The position numbers were made by a program, and so were the translations under genes. Positions 10,943 through 21,917 of a DNA stretch of 59,882 bases are shown piece after piece. Source of the DNA: a virus (lineage: Duplodnaviria > Caudoviricetes); IMG/VR virus record IMGVR_UViG_3300026519_000015, positions 1 through 59,882 of that record. One strand, 5' to 3'. The stretch's first letter is position 1. The number at the start of each line of letters is the position of its first letter. Under the pieces are notes generated by a model. It saw nothing but the letters and a program-made list of their open reading frames with translations. It did no database searches and was not told the DNA's origin.

Positions 10943-11353
10943 TCACTGGGACACGAGGACTTGACCCTCAAGGCAGACATTGAGGACTGAGGCGACTCCG
11001 GCATACACCGCAATCTCAGAACCCCCTTCCAATACCTTCTGGATACAACTCAACATATACGTCGGATACGCAGCCGTCAGGGTCCGGCCCCAAATAATAT
11101 ACTTGTCAGCAGCAACCGCACCCTTAGGCGTATAACGCACCCGAACCGCTACATCACTACCAGAATCATGCCAAAACCATAAATTAGTCAACGTCCACGT
11201 CTCAAGATCCGGAACCGTGATCGCTACCGTCCACCCCAACCCTAACTCACCATCCTGATACAATACCTTATCAGCCCATATCTGAGACACAAAACGATCA
11301 CTATATGGCTGCGGTAACCCCGGGAAAAAATTGCCCGTGTTTAATCCGTCCAT
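10943..11353 (-). CDS. Small beta-rich virion/tail protein, 136 aa
   Basis: ATG at 11353 is coupled to the upstream TGA; pattern similar to 49587-49955 and 50293-50688. Confidence 0.55.
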   Translation of the reverse strand: MDGLNTGNFFPGLPQPYSDRFVSQIWADKVLYQDGELGLGWTVAITVPDLETWTLTNLWFWHDSGSDVAVRVRYTPKGAVAADKYIIWGRTLTAAYPTYMLSCIQKVLEGGSEIAVYAGVASVLNVCLEGQVLVSQ

Positions 11354-12945
11354 CAACGAGTACCACCCCTCGGTAACGTCCAGACCGCTACACCATCCAC
11401 AGGTGTGGGAGTAGTCGTCCCCACAGGCCACACTAAACCCCACTGGGCAAAACGCTCGCTAAACGTACGCTCCGATACATACGGAATCGAATCCGTAGCA
11501 GCCTGGTCAATCTCACTAAACGTCGTCGGGGTCGCGGACTCAATATCCTGAACCGTACGACCTACACGCACACGAGGCGTACACGTCCCCTCAGAACCAT
11601 GAATCGATACCTTATGAATCTCACCCTCCGACGCTAACGGCTGACGACCACCAAAAATCTCCATAAAGTCATAAACCTTAGACCAAACATACGCCTCCCA
11701 CTGGGTACCAGCATCACGCATCGGAGACGCTACGTCATACTCATACAACTTCCCATCCTCAGAACCCCAGAAAATAACAGACCCGGAACCCACGAAATAA
11801 CCATACGTGCCATGCAACACCTGCAACGTACTCACCGCAGTCGCACCCTCAGTCCACGCACCCGTGCTCAAATCCAAACACAGCAAATGACGCGCCTGCT
11901 CGGAACCATGCGCAGTAGTCGGGACCACCAACCAGTACAATGACTCATCATGATCCACTAAACCAACAGCACGATTCGCTTTCGAAAAATCCACAATACC
12001 CTGTAGGTAATCCTGCACCGGCAACCCCACAGGCTGCAACTTCCCACGAGCACCCAACATATACACATTCAGGTCAGAACCAAGGAACAACACCGTATCC
12101 TGGTATTGCCGGATCGTCTTACCTGCTATGCAACCAACACGAGTCGTGATGGGCACAAAATCGTACCAAACCGGAGAACCACGCCACTGACCAATATAAA
12201 TACTCCAGGTCTTGAACGCCATCACGAACTGACCCGAATGAAAATGTAACCCCGTTATGGGATACGTATCATGCTGCAGATCCTGGTAACTCGCAGAACC
12301 ACGCCCAATATCGCCCGTACCATTAGACCAAATATTAGAATTCAGCGTCGTACTCCACCAAACACGATACGGATACCGCTCACTACCGCCAGGCTCTATC
12401 CCGTTCGCCAAAAATACACGCGATGCAGTCGTGGCGATAAAACGCGCCTTATCCGGAGGACGTAACTCGGTATTCGGTTGCAAACTATCCACCGTCACTA
12501 ACGACGGGCCCGACGGGGTCCATTTGTGTAACTCACCATCACCCGGCAGCAATAAACCCTCATCCTTAAAAGGTAACAAAACAGGGGGAGTATCACGACT
12601 GGTCCCTAAACCCACGACTAAACTCGACCAGGCAGCACCATCCCAATACGATACCCCTAACGTCCCAGCAGTAAAATCCGAATTCCCCTTAATAGGATAC
12701 TCAACACCACCCCGATCCCGTAAGATCTCAAACAACGACAACGGATCCGTGTCTGTGTTGGTATACCGGGTCGATAACCTGAACCCCGGACGCGGTTGAA
12801 TCCTACCCTCCGTCAGGACAACATTCCACGCATCATAAAAACCCTTATCAGGAATACTCGCCGGCGGAACCTCACGGTGTATCCCATCCCACGGACCCCA
12901 TAACGGAACCGCATCCGCAGTCTTTAACGAACCCGCACGAGCCAT
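11353..12945 (-). CDS. Tail nozzle / packaged-DNA stabilisation protein (beta-propeller-like)
   Basis: 530 aa, beta-rich (RVWWS, GCIAGKTI, VLFLGSD); follows the adaptor gene. Confidence 0.65.
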   Translation of the reverse strand: MARAGSLKTADAVPLWGPWDGIHREVPPASIPDKGFYDAWNVVLTEGRIQPRPGFRLSTRYTNTDTDPLSLFEILRDRGGVEYPIKGNSDFTAGTLGVSYWDGAAWSSLVVGLGTSRDTPPVLLPFKDEGLLLPGDGELHKWTPSGPSLVTVDSLQPNTELRPPDKARFIATTASRVFLANGIEPGGSERYPYRVWWSTTLNSNIWSNGTGDIGRGSASYQDLQHDTYPITGLHFHSGQFVMAFKTWSIYIGQWRGSPVWYDFVPITTRVGCIAGKTIRQYQDTVLFLGSDLNVYMLGARGKLQPVGLPVQDYLQGIVDFSKANRAVGLVDHDESLYWLVVPTTAHGSEQARHLLCLDLSTGAWTEGATAVSTLQVLHGTYGYFVGSGSVIFWGSEDGKLYEYDVASPMRDAGTQWEAYVWSKVYDFMEIFGGRQPLASEGEIHKVSIHGSEGTCTPRVRVGRTVQDIESATPTTFSEIDQAATDSIPYVSERTFSERFAQWGLVWPVGTTTPTPVDGVAVWTLPRGGTR

Positions 12946-13874
12946 CAGTACCCCGAAGGCCCAAAATAATGCGAATCACCCGGTAAACGACGATACGTGC
13001 CATCACGACCAACAGCATCAGACGAACTCTGGTAAAACCCAATCTCCTCCGTATCCTGCTGCTCACGCTTGATAGTATCGAACTTCATCTTACCCACAAG
13101 ACCCGCATTCGCTATATCACTCCGAATATGCCCCCGATCAGTATCACCAAACAACTCACGCATATAATACTGCACCATCTTGACCTCATGAAAAAACTCC
13201 GCATACTCCAGACCCGCAAGACAATGCATCACACGAGGATAATACTGCAACATCAGATTCGTATAACTACCACCAGAACTGAACCACGGAGGATACGCAA
13301 GTTGGAAACTCACACACATCAAATACACATCATCCGGAATCGGAACCAAACGCAAATACGTAACACCATCTACCGTATGGGGCCAGATCCGCACCGGCTT
13401 CCCAGACGCGGACTCACGCGATAACACCGTCGTGGCAAAATACTGCTCAGAACCCGGGACCTCAAGGTTCGACTGGAACGCACCCTCTAGACTATAACGA
13501 CTCGCAAAATTAATACGACTCGCCTCAGTCGCTACCCACGAACGCGAACCCGGCACCGTACCAGGATCCGCTACATCACTCGTGTATAACTTATAATACT
13601 CCTTATCAGCCTCCGTCAGGAACCAACCCTCATCCAAAAACCGACCCACCACAATAGCCGCTACCGCAGTCGCGGAATCCGCATACGGAAACTGACTTGG
13701 TACATAAAAACCCGGATGCTTCTTCAGAAACCAATAATCAAAATCAGAACAGATCTCACGCATCCGATCACGCAGTAAATCCGCTATGTAACCCTCAAGT
13801 GTGGCCGAAGTCTTCCCAAACTTCGCCTTAACACGCTCCGTTACATAACTCAATAAACGCGTCGGAGACGACAC
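12945..13874 (-). CDS. Head-tail adaptor (tail tubular A-like)
   Basis: Helical N-terminus, LRLVPIPD and TNLMLQYYP segments; lies between capsid and nozzle genes. Confidence 0.6.
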   Translation of the reverse strand: MSSPTRLLSYVTERVKAKFGKTSATLEGYIADLLRDRMREICSDFDYWFLKKHPGFYVPSQFPYADSATAVAAIVVGRFLDEGWFLTEADKEYYKLYTSDVADPGTVPGSRSWVATEASRINFASRYSLEGAFQSNLEVPGSEQYFATTVLSRESASGKPVRIWPHTVDGVTYLRLVPIPDDVYLMCVSFQLAYPPWFSSGGSYTNLMLQYYPRVMHCLAGLEYAEFFHEVKMVQYYMRELFGDTDRGHIRSDIANAGLVGKMKFDTIKREQQDTEEIGFYQSSSDAVGRDGTYRRLPGDSHYFGPSGY

Positions 13875-13877
13875 AAC

Positions 13878-14504
13878 CTACTTCGCCTTCCGATTACTAG
13901 GAGCCGGGACCTTAAACCCTACCTGACCACGCTGCTTCACCGATAACTGAGGATTCGAATCCATAGGACGCCCATCAACACCCACATACGACGCACTAAA
14001 CTCCGAAACCGCCTCCTGCAATAACTCCTCCTCAGTAGGCATCCGGACCACAGAACGCTCCGATACCTCCGGTTCACTCTCTAGCGCCGCTAACGAACCA
14101 AATGGGTCACTAGGATCAATTAACTTTTTTAACTCCTCACCATCACCACCAGCACCAGGCGTCCAGACTAACTCTGGCTGCCTAGCGCCACACTCGGAAC
14201 AAAACTTGGAACTCACCGGTAACGACGGAAAACTACACTCCACACACTCACGATACTCACGCTTCTTCTGGTGAGGCTTCAACATCTGGATCATCGTGGG
14301 ACACACAGTATAGTTATTCGCACGCAACCACTTCACATCATGACGTAAACGGCGACCACGACCATCATACAGGGTCTGGTTATACACAATCACCGCACTA
14401 CAACCCTGCTCCTGAAAACGCGCATGCCCCGGAGGTAACCGGTCCTTATCCAATACCTGCGGAGCACCGTCACTCACCTTGACATCCGTAAACCTGATCC
14501 CCAT
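13878..14504 (-). CDS. Zinc-ribbon protein
   Basis: CVEC...KFCSECG. Confidence 0.6.
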   Translation of the reverse strand: MGIRFTDVKVSDGAPQVLDKDRLPPGHARFQEQGCSAVIVYNQTLYDGRGRRLRHDVKWLRANNYTVCPTMIQMLKPHQKKREYRECVECSFPSLPVSSKFCSECGARQPELVWTPGAGGDGEELKKLIDPSDPFGSLAALESEPEVSERSVVRMPTEEELLQEAVSEFSASYVGVDGRPMDSNPQLSVKQRGQVGFKVPAPSNRKAK

Positions 14505-14525
14505 ACATTACTCCAAACCTAAATA

Positions 14526-14553
14526 CCCCAGGGGGGGCAAAAGCCCCCCGGGA
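14526..14553 (-). terminator. Hairpin/terminator after the capsid genes
   Basis: ggggggc-aaaa-gcccccc stem followed by tattt on the minus strand. Confidence 0.65.
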
Positions 14554-14561
14554 TATCAACA

Positions 14562-15044
14562 TTATTGACCCGCCAGGATCCTGACTATGATGTAAGGCCA
14601 CACAGTCTGGTCGCCAACACCAGCACCCTGCGTCCCTACCTTCAACTCAATCAGTTGTGCAGAACTCGCCTCCGGATAACTCGGCTCCGCAGACAAATTG
14701 TCCGTCGTACTGTTCAGCTCAGTCTCCACTACGTCATTGATAGTATGAGACGCCACAGACGTGACGGTAAAATCATTACCATTCGCATCCTCTACGTCTA
14801 CACCACCAATCTCCATCACCATCGTCCCGTCAGTCGTCTGGGCTCCACCACCAGCGGCATAATGAAAACCCATCGCCAATACCTGCACCTTGCCCCAACC
14901 CGCAGGTATCCAGAACTTCGCAAGACTCGTGTTCGCAGCCGCAGCCAGATCTACCGCCGCAACCTTGTCAGCCGGCAACAACATCTGCGGAGCCTGGTAA
15001 CGCTCATATGAATGCCCACGAGAGGCAGTACTTACTAAAGGCAT
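14562..15044 (-). CDS. Putative capsid decoration/cement protein
   Basis: 160 aa, beta-rich, immediately after the capsid gene and before the hairpin. Confidence 0.5.
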   Translation of the reverse strand: MPLVSTASRGHSYERYQAPQMLLPADKVAAVDLAAAANTSLAKFWIPAGWGKVQVLAMGFHYAAGGGAQTTDGTMVMEIGGVDVEDANGNDFTVTSVASHTINDVVETELNSTTDNLSAEPSYPEASSAQLIELKVGTQGAGVGDQTVWPYIIVRILAGQ

Positions 15045-15066
15045 CTTATCCTAACTCTCCCCTTCC

Positions 15067-15999
15067 CTACAGCGAATGAACCCGAATCATTCGAGCCTCA
15101 TTCTCCGTAGAATAATCCCACGTCTTGGCCCAATTGCCATACCAGACCCACCGGAGACCACGATCACGACTGTAATCAGCACCCGCCTTGGCCTGGATCT
15201 CCTCCGGATACACAACAATCTCCAACACCGCATCCTCAGCAATATAGATCGCCTCGCCTAAGCCATTGCCAAGATCATTGTCCATCACATTCGTGTCCGT
15301 CAGAAAACGGCCCTTATAAAAATGACCAACCTCACCACGCCAAACACGCTCCGCAGCATTATAAACTACCGGACGCTCCCAGGCACCATCCTCATGGAAA
15401 CTACGCAAAAACGCAGTCGTACCTACCGCAATATAACCATCGTCTGAATAATAGGGCATGTTATAAGTACCCTCCATCAGATCAATCACATTACGATGAT
15501 CCCAAACCGTGAAGGGACGCGTGCCCGCCGCTAACGCAGTACCCGCAGTGCCTAACGTATAACTCGGATTCGTTAACGAACCCGTCGGGGTATACACCAA
15601 ATCAGACGTCTGGAAAATCTTCCCACACATCTTGTCCAACGTGCGCGCCATCGAATTCGTCAACGCTATCACTATCTGGTTGTAAATATCCAGCTTGGCT
15701 AAAATATCCAAACGCCAGGAGTAATCAATCCCTAACGTCACCTCTAACGCCGTCACACTAGACTTGTAAAACGTCAGGTTACCAGTGGGGACCGTCTCGG
15801 TCTCACTAACAACACGACCATCCTCAGTATCACCAACCTTCGTATACTGCAACACATCACCACGATGCATCCCAAATGACTCCTGCGGATTCACAAGATT
15901 ACGGAAAACCTGCTTCGTCTGCGCCACAACTCGGATCTTCTCCGATAACTCCGGACTCGTCAGGTAACCTCCGCGAGAGTCAACTTCCCAAACAAGCAT
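15067..15999 (-). CDS. Major capsid protein (HK97 fold, N4-gp56-like)
   Basis: 310 aa; GDVLQY, VSETETVP and GEVGHFYKGRFL segments; strong RBS GAGGAGGT; follows the scaffold. Confidence 0.8.
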   Translation of the reverse strand: MLVWEVDSRGGYLTSPELSEKIRVVAQTKQVFRNLVNPQESFGMHRGDVLQYTKVGDTEDGRVVSETETVPTGNLTFYKSSVTALEVTLGIDYSWRLDILAKLDIYNQIVIALTNSMARTLDKMCGKIFQTSDLVYTPTGSLTNPSYTLGTAGTALAAGTRPFTVWDHRNVIDLMEGTYNMPYYSDDGYIAVGTTAFLRSFHEDGAWERPVVYNAAERVWRGEVGHFYKGRFLTDTNVMDNDLGNGLGEAIYIAEDAVLEIVVYPEEIQAKAGADYSRDRGLRWVWYGNWAKTWDYSTENEARMIRVHSL

Positions 16000-16091
16000 T
16001 GTCTGGTTACCTCCTCTTGCATTTACTACTCCGACCCAAAAACCCGATCAGGGTCGGGCAACAGGCGCGGGGGCCACAGCCGGAAACAACA

Positions 16092-16730
16092 CTACTTCAT
16101 CGCATCAGGATAAGACTTCAATAACGGCTCACCACGCAAACCCCCACTCTTACGATACATTAAATCCTTCTTGCGAGCACGCATCCACTTGTCACGATCC
16201 CCCTCACGACGCTCCTCACTATAAAAACCAACACCAGAACCCATACCACGCTCGTCAGGACGCAATAAACCCGGGTCTAATCCACCATCTACACCAACAC
16301 CACGATTCGGCGACGGAAACGGATTGGAACTCGAAACCGCAGGAGGCTCCATACCCATATTGCGTAACTGCTGCACATGCTCTACAGCTAAATTATACGC
16401 AGACTCTATCCCTAAACCAGAACGCACAGACGCAGCAAAATGCTGCTCCGCTACACGCTTCCACGGCACTAACTCCGCGTTCTTCACAAACTCACGCTCT
16501 AACTCCACTAGACGCTCACGAGTCTTACCCCATAACTCCTGCTGACGACGCTGCTCCAACAACATCGCAGCACGAACACGAGACTGGATCTCATCAGCAT
16601 CACCAACACCCGCATCAACACCACCCGATACCTCACTCGGCTCACCACCAGAATCCTTCACAACACCCTCAGACTCCGGACGACCTGTCGGCTGATTCCA
16701 AAAATCAGGATCCTCCCACGGCTCTCCCAT
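16092..16730 (-). CDS. Putative scaffolding protein
   Basis: Acidic disordered N-terminus plus coiled coil; between portal and capsid genes. Confidence 0.55.
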   Translation of the reverse strand: MGEPWEDPDFWNQPTGRPESEGVVKDSGGEPSEVSGGVDAGVGDADEIQSRVRAAMLLEQRRQQELWGKTRERLVELEREFVKNAELVPWKRVAEQHFAASVRSGLGIESAYNLAVEHVQQLRNMGMEPPAVSSSNPFPSPNRGVGVDGGLDPGLLRPDERGMGSGVGFYSEERREGDRDKWMRARKKDLMYRKSGGLRGEPLLKSYPDAMK

Positions 16731-16732
16731 CC

Positions 16733-16978
16733 TTAACTACCCTCCAATATCCTCACGAGTTCACGACGAAAATCTCGAATCACCAACACCTTCGCCTGAC
16801 ATAAACGGCGAGACTCATCATCACTACATAACGGTAACTCACGCTCCGCTACATCTAACAACATACCCCCGAGAACCCGGGATAAATGATTGACGCTCAC
16901 TACAGACGCAACCTCGCGTAAACCAGCCTCTACACCCAAAGCCTCAATATCTATCCCAGGACCCGGAGGAAACATCAC
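16733..16978 (-). CDS. Hypothetical protein
   Basis: Compact operon ORF. Confidence 0.6.
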   Translation of the reverse strand: MMFPPGPGIDIEALGVEAGLREVASVVSVNHLSRVLGGMLLDVAERELPLCSDDESRRLCQAKVLVIRDFRRELVRILEGS

Positions 16979-16983
16979 TACAC

Positions 16984-17145
16984 CTACACCATCTTCGGAA
17001 TCGACTTCTGCTTCGCAGCAGCAGCCTTGTCACCAGCCTTCTCCACAGATAAACGACACGCCTTTACCTGCACCGCTACAGTATTCCGCTGCTTCACTAC
17101 AGCACCCTTCGGCCTGTGTGCACCACTATCTGACTGCATAACCAT
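16984..17145 (-). CDS. Hypothetical protein, 53 aa
   Basis: RBS AGGAGG, ATG at 17145; fills the gap; not in the track. Confidence 0.5.
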   Translation of the reverse strand: MVMQSDSGAHRPKGAVVKQRNTVAVQVKACRLSVEKAGDKAAAAKQKSIPKMV

Positions 17146-17180
17146 ATCCCTCCTATTCCGTAAATCCTAAGCCCATACCT

Positions 17181-17396
17181 CTAGTCAAACTTAACCGGAG
17201 GACCAGGACGCTCAAAACGCTTCACTACACTATAACCCACACGCTCTACCTCACTCATGCCAGGCGCATCACGTAAACGCACCACTACCTCACGCTCTAC
17301 ATAACGCCCAGCAGGAACACTAAAACCACCATGACGCTCGTTGCCACGCATACAATCACCTACACCATACACTACACGATCCTCTAGAATCTCCAC
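17181..17396 (-). CDS. Hypothetical protein
   Basis: RBS AAGGAGGT upstream of the GTG. Confidence 0.6.
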   Translation of the reverse strand: MEILEDRVVYGVGDCMRGNERHGGFSVPAGRYVEREVVVRLRDAPGMSEVERVGYSVVKRFERPGPPVKFD

Positions 17397-17414
17397 CCTA
17401 ACCTCCTTACCACT

Positions 17415-19439
17415 CTAACCCTGACCAGGAGGAACCGGCGCTACCGGACTCACAACACCCGGCTCCCCTATACCACCATCCCCCGCAGCACCACCTGGCA
17501 ACTCCATCGGACGATCAGCAGTCGGACCCGCATCCGGCCATAAAAACTGATCCGGATCCTCTTCTAGCGATATCATAGCAGTTTTGGCTACTTGATGCCA
17601 CTTCACACGCTGCGCAAAACCCGGGATCTGTTGCGCCATATCCGTGATCATAGAAATATTCTCCAGATTCTCACGACGCGACTCCCGAGCACTATAGACC
17701 TTAACCTTAAACCGAAATACCGCACTCAACTTCTCATAACGCTCACGAGCACCCCAATTCCGCATCACACGCAACTTCTTCACTACATCAGGCTCCTCTT
17801 GACCAACCCAACCCTCTAGCTTACTCGCTATCTTCTCATCAATAAAATTCTCCCATAAATCACGAGGGCACTTCTGCAATAACAATAAATACGCCTGATG
17901 CAACACCGGCGTGATCAGATTCCGCTCAATATTACGCATTATCTGCTGCCATAAACCACTGCTCGCTACACGACGCTCCGTAAACTCCTTCGCACTTATA
18001 CGATTACGAGTACGAGGCATCGCACCCGTGTCGGCTAACGCAGCACCCTCACTAAACTCAGTCTTGAAAAAACCTAACCCCTGCCACACACCAGACGGAA
18101 TATCAGGCGTCGCAGCACGACTCACCGCAGGAAAATTCTTCGGACCCTTATTCGTGTGAATCACCATGCCAGGATATATCCCAGACTTGAACTGGCCCGT
18201 CTTCTGACTCGCTATCTGATCCCAGTCAACCTCAGTAGGCGGGTTAATTACCTGCACTAAATAATCCAACAGCAAATTCAATAACTCAGTACGAGCTTCC
18301 TGAGAATCTAGATTCAACGTCAATAACGAACGATGATAATTACTCCACGGAACACGAATCATACCCGCACTCACTATCGGGATCTTCCCATGCCAATACG
18401 GATTATCACGAGGCTCCGGGGTTAACAAAAAGTCGCCGCTCCAAGCACAATACTTGTTCTCAAATAACGCCTCACCACGCTCATCAAATAACGTCCCGAA
18501 AAAATGACGGATCTCTATCGTATCCACAGGCTTCGGACTACTCGCCTCACCACGCTCACGAGCATCACGATTCCGAATCTCATGAGAACCACTACCCTCA
18601 GCACCACTCCCCGCACGCTGGGCACGAATAACCTCCTCCACATTCTCCCAACCAAACTCCGACGCTACACGACGAAACTGCCACGGCGTCATCTCCTGAT
18701 ACCACACCTTATACTGATCACCACGACCACTCGTGGTATCAACCAACACCTTCCGAGGATTCAGAGCCTCAAAACGTAACCTGAACTTATCCTGCGCCAC
18801 CACCACTGGGGGAGGACCAGTCTCCTGGCTAGACTCCCCCATCCCAAACGACGGCACCACGGCATCACCAACACCCGACTCACCCAGATCACCAAATATA
18901 TCAGACTCGTCAGGACTATAATCCACTACCCCCTCATTCTCCGCCACTACCAATACATGCGACATCTCCGAAATCGCCATCCCCACCATAGCGTCATAAT
19001 ACACCGTGAAAAAATCTGAACCATCATCATCACCCGCAGGACGTAAATACTCCATCACAAAATCCCGTGGAATATCAACCAGATCACGCCACGGATGCAA
19101 CGGCGTCGTTACCTCAAACCAATTCTTACCCGCTAACTCTAACGCCTTCGTCATCTCCCACGCATACTTTAACGCCAATACCGTGAACGTCGGTAAACCA
19201 CGCTTCGATTGCCACTCGCGTTTCCGGTAAAAATCCCAACGATTATTGAAACGCTCCCACGCACGATCCCATAAAACCTGGTGAGGACGCCGAACCTCAT
19301 ACTCATGACGAAAAACACGACGCAATGACTCCAGAATATCACCGCCACCAACCACATCAACACCATCCTGACCACCCAACACCAGCCCCCAGTCAGGACC
19401 ACCAGCCGCTAAACCTACACCTAACTCATCCACTAGCAC
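17415..19439 (-). CDS. Portal protein
   Basis: 674 aa directly after the terminase; NPYWHGKIPIV, IYPGMVI and ISAKEF...QIMRNIE segments typical of podovirus portals. Confidence 0.8.
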   Translation of the reverse strand: MLVDELGVGLAAGGPDWGLVLGGQDGVDVVGGGDILESLRRVFRHEYEVRRPHQVLWDRAWERFNNRWDFYRKREWQSKRGLPTFTVLALKYAWEMTKALELAGKNWFEVTTPLHPWRDLVDIPRDFVMEYLRPAGDDDGSDFFTVYYDAMVGMAISEMSHVLVVAENEGVVDYSPDESDIFGDLGESGVGDAVVPSFGMGESSQETGPPPVVVAQDKFRLRFEALNPRKVLVDTTSGRGDQYKVWYQEMTPWQFRRVASEFGWENVEEVIRAQRAGSGAEGSGSHEIRNRDARERGEASSPKPVDTIEIRHFFGTLFDERGEALFENKYCAWSGDFLLTPEPRDNPYWHGKIPIVSAGMIRVPWSNYHRSLLTLNLDSQEARTELLNLLLDYLVQVINPPTEVDWDQIASQKTGQFKSGIYPGMVIHTNKGPKNFPAVSRAATPDIPSGVWQGLGFFKTEFSEGAALADTGAMPRTRNRISAKEFTERRVASSGLWQQIMRNIERNLITPVLHQAYLLLLQKCPRDLWENFIDEKIASKLEGWVGQEEPDVVKKLRVMRNWGARERYEKLSAVFRFKVKVYSARESRRENLENISMITDMAQQIPGFAQRVKWHQVAKTAMISLEEDPDQFLWPDAGPTADRPMELPGGAAGDGGIGEPGVVSPVAPVPPGQG

Positions 19440-19445
19440 AACACC

Positions 19446-21107
19446 TCAGTAAGCACTATCACCAAAACCATAATACGCCATCTGGTCAAATCCGTCACCT
19501 ACATCAGGCACTAGACCAGCACCATATACCCCACTCCCAAACTCATCATGCCGACGCCAACCACTACGCTCCGGACGCACACTCGAGACCAAACTGTCCT
19601 GCAGACGCCTACGGTGCACTAAACCATACCTCAACGCATCCGCTAGATGAATATAATAACCATCATCAACAGGACGAAACCGATCACGACCTAAATCCTC
19701 AGGAACACAAAACCCTACCTCAAACATATCCTGCAGATCCTGCGTATACTTCCCGTCAGGCTCCAGCACAAGATCCGGCTGCACACCCATAACACGATCC
19801 ACACTATGCCCCTGTAACAACGAAATCACTAACTCCACACCCGCGGTCTCACTCGTCGGCGTCGCTACCGGATTCAGACCCATCGACCGCAACACATCTA
19901 ACGCATTCTCAGTCGATACACCACGCGGATCACTCACCTTCCCCGCAGGGTCCACATAACACAAAAACTCAGCACCAGGCAAAATCCTATAGACCTCATC
20001 CAGTACACGATTCCCAAACACACGCAACGACTCACTGTCACCCAGGTAACCCGCCAATAACCGTATCTGACGAAAACCCCCCACCTCAACATCCTGAAAC
20101 ACCACCACCGCAGGATGACGAAACCCAAAATCCCAACACAAACAAACAGGACCATCCTGCCATAACTGATCACGGGCCCACCTGGCGATAAAAGACTGCT
20201 TCGCTACATGAAAATCACGGTTGAAATAAGGACCATACACCGGCGTCCCCTTTACCTCAGGACCCCACTCACCCAAGATAAAACGACGAAACAAACCCGG
20301 AGTATTCGCATAACGCGCATACTGCGTCTCTATATATCCCGGAGGCAGCCACGCCGCATTATCCTCCATCGTAAAATGAAAGTCATGATAATCCTCCGGA
20401 TACGGCACACCCTCCTTACGTAAAAACATACGCGCTAACCAATGATTCTCAGGTGTCGGGTTCAAATTGTAAAACACAACACGTAACTTGATACCAGACT
20501 TCTCACGCAACCGCTGCGTCACAGTGTCTATCGCAGCCTTGTGAATCATATCCGCTTCCTCTAACGTCGCACCACTATACTGCGTCGAACCTAAACCACG
20601 CGCATTATCCGCAGTACTACTCTCAACAGCAGACTCACTACTCCAGAAAACCCACTTGGAACCATTCGGGTAACGAATCTCAGGAGGACCGGTCCCACTA
20701 CCTAAACGCTTACTATACGGAATCCGAAACTCATCATTAAACTCTAAAATCTGCTGGTACAATGACGCCATTAACTGGCTGTTCGTACGACGCATCCCTA
20801 ACCACTTCGCACCCGGAAAACGATGCATCTGCATCACAGGCCACGCTATCGATACCGTACTCTTCCCACTACCCACACTGCCACGTAACGCTACATGCTG
20901 AACACGATAACTCACACGCTCCGGTAAACCCGGATCACTCAGAATACTATACACACGACGCTGCTTCGGATTCCGACTCCAATCAAAACGCTCGTAAAAA
21001 TCACTCAGCATCTCAACATGCGCTAAAATCCGCTCCCGAACCTCACGACAAATAAAATCAAAACTCCCCGACGGTAACTGCTTTAACTTTACTACCTCAC
21101 TCCCCAA
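19446..21107 (-). CDS. terL: Terminase large subunit
   Basis: Walker A GSVGSGKS, Walker B ATLEEAD, NLNP coupling motif; nuclease motifs WDFG, DPAG and HLADALRY. Confidence 0.93.
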   Translation of the reverse strand: MGSEVVKLKQLPSGSFDFICREVRERILAHVEMLSDFYERFDWSRNPKQRRVYSILSDPGLPERVSYRVQHVALRGSVGSGKSTVSIAWPVMQMHRFPGAKWLGMRRTNSQLMASLYQQILEFNDEFRIPYSKRLGSGTGPPEIRYPNGSKWVFWSSESAVESSTADNARGLGSTQYSGATLEEADMIHKAAIDTVTQRLREKSGIKLRVVFYNLNPTPENHWLARMFLRKEGVPYPEDYHDFHFTMEDNAAWLPPGYIETQYARYANTPGLFRRFILGEWGPEVKGTPVYGPYFNRDFHVAKQSFIARWARDQLWQDGPVCLCWDFGFRHPAVVVFQDVEVGGFRQIRLLAGYLGDSESLRVFGNRVLDEVYRILPGAEFLCYVDPAGKVSDPRGVSTENALDVLRSMGLNPVATPTSETAGVELVISLLQGHSVDRVMGVQPDLVLEPDGKYTQDLQDMFEVGFCVPEDLGRDRFRPVDDGYYIHLADALRYGLVHRRRLQDSLVSSVRPERSGWRRHDEFGSGVYGAGLVPDVGDGFDQMAYYGFGDSAY

Positions 21108-21681
21108 GCACTACACCACCTAGACTACCCTCCATACGAGCCGCTATCTCTAACATATACTGCTGAGGCACTATCTCGAACAACACACGCATTAACTGAT
21201 CAAACACACGACTGTCAAACTCCACACGCACACTAATACCATCCGTGATCTCCTTATACTGCTTCGCTAACTTCCCTATATCAGCAGTAATACCACGCAA
21301 CACCTTCACATCATCACGACTTAACTCCAACACCGGTAACACCTCATCCAATACCGCCATCACAGCACTCGATACCGGCTCCACTAGATCAACACCTACA
21401 CCACGCCTCCGCAACTCCACACCAACACCACGCATCACCTCACTATACAACACACCACGCGCATCACCAGAACGACGCTCTATCGAATCCTGCAACTTCA
21501 AACGCAAATAACGTAAATACGATATATCCTCCGATAAATCCGTTACAGCAGGATTCCGACGCAACTGCTCCCATAAATCAACATCACGCTCCGGTATCCC
21601 TACAAGACTACCAACACCAGACTCCTCCAGCTTCACTAACTCCTCAAAAGGATCACTACTGCACTCTGCCACTAGACTCAC
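21097..21681 (-). CDS. Probable terminase small subunit
   Basis: Helical 194-aa ORF overlapping the terL start; LSEDISYLR helix. Confidence 0.45.
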   Translation of the reverse strand: MSLVAECSSDPFEELVKLEESGVGSLVGIPERDVDLWEQLRRNPAVTDLSEDISYLRYLRLKLQDSIERRSGDARGVLYSEVMRGVGVELRRRGVGVDLVEPVSSAVMAVLDEVLPVLELSRDDVKVLRGITADIGKLAKQYKEITDGISVRVEFDSRVFDQLMRVLFEIVPQQYMLEIAARMEGSLGGVVLGE

Positions 21682-21917
21682 ACCTTCCGGCCAGGCACCA
21701 CTACACCACCACCCACCGGACGCAACACCGTCTCCACCAATACCCGCACATCACCCGCATCACCAGTCCCCAAACCCCACAACTCCACTATCCGGAACGG
21801 CACAGGCTCACGACATAACTCACCCAAAAACTCATCAACACCCTGACCCTCACCAGGCCTCAATAAACCATAACTATAAAAACAATCATCCGCAGGACGA
21901 AACTTCACCGCACCCAT
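21678..21917 (-). CDS. Hypothetical protein
   Basis: RBS AGGGAG; stop coupled to the next ATG. Confidence 0.5.
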   Translation of the reverse strand: MGAVKFRPADDCFYSYGLLRPGEGQGVDEFLGELCREPVPFRIVELWGLGTGDAGDVRVLVETVLRPVGGGVVVPGRKV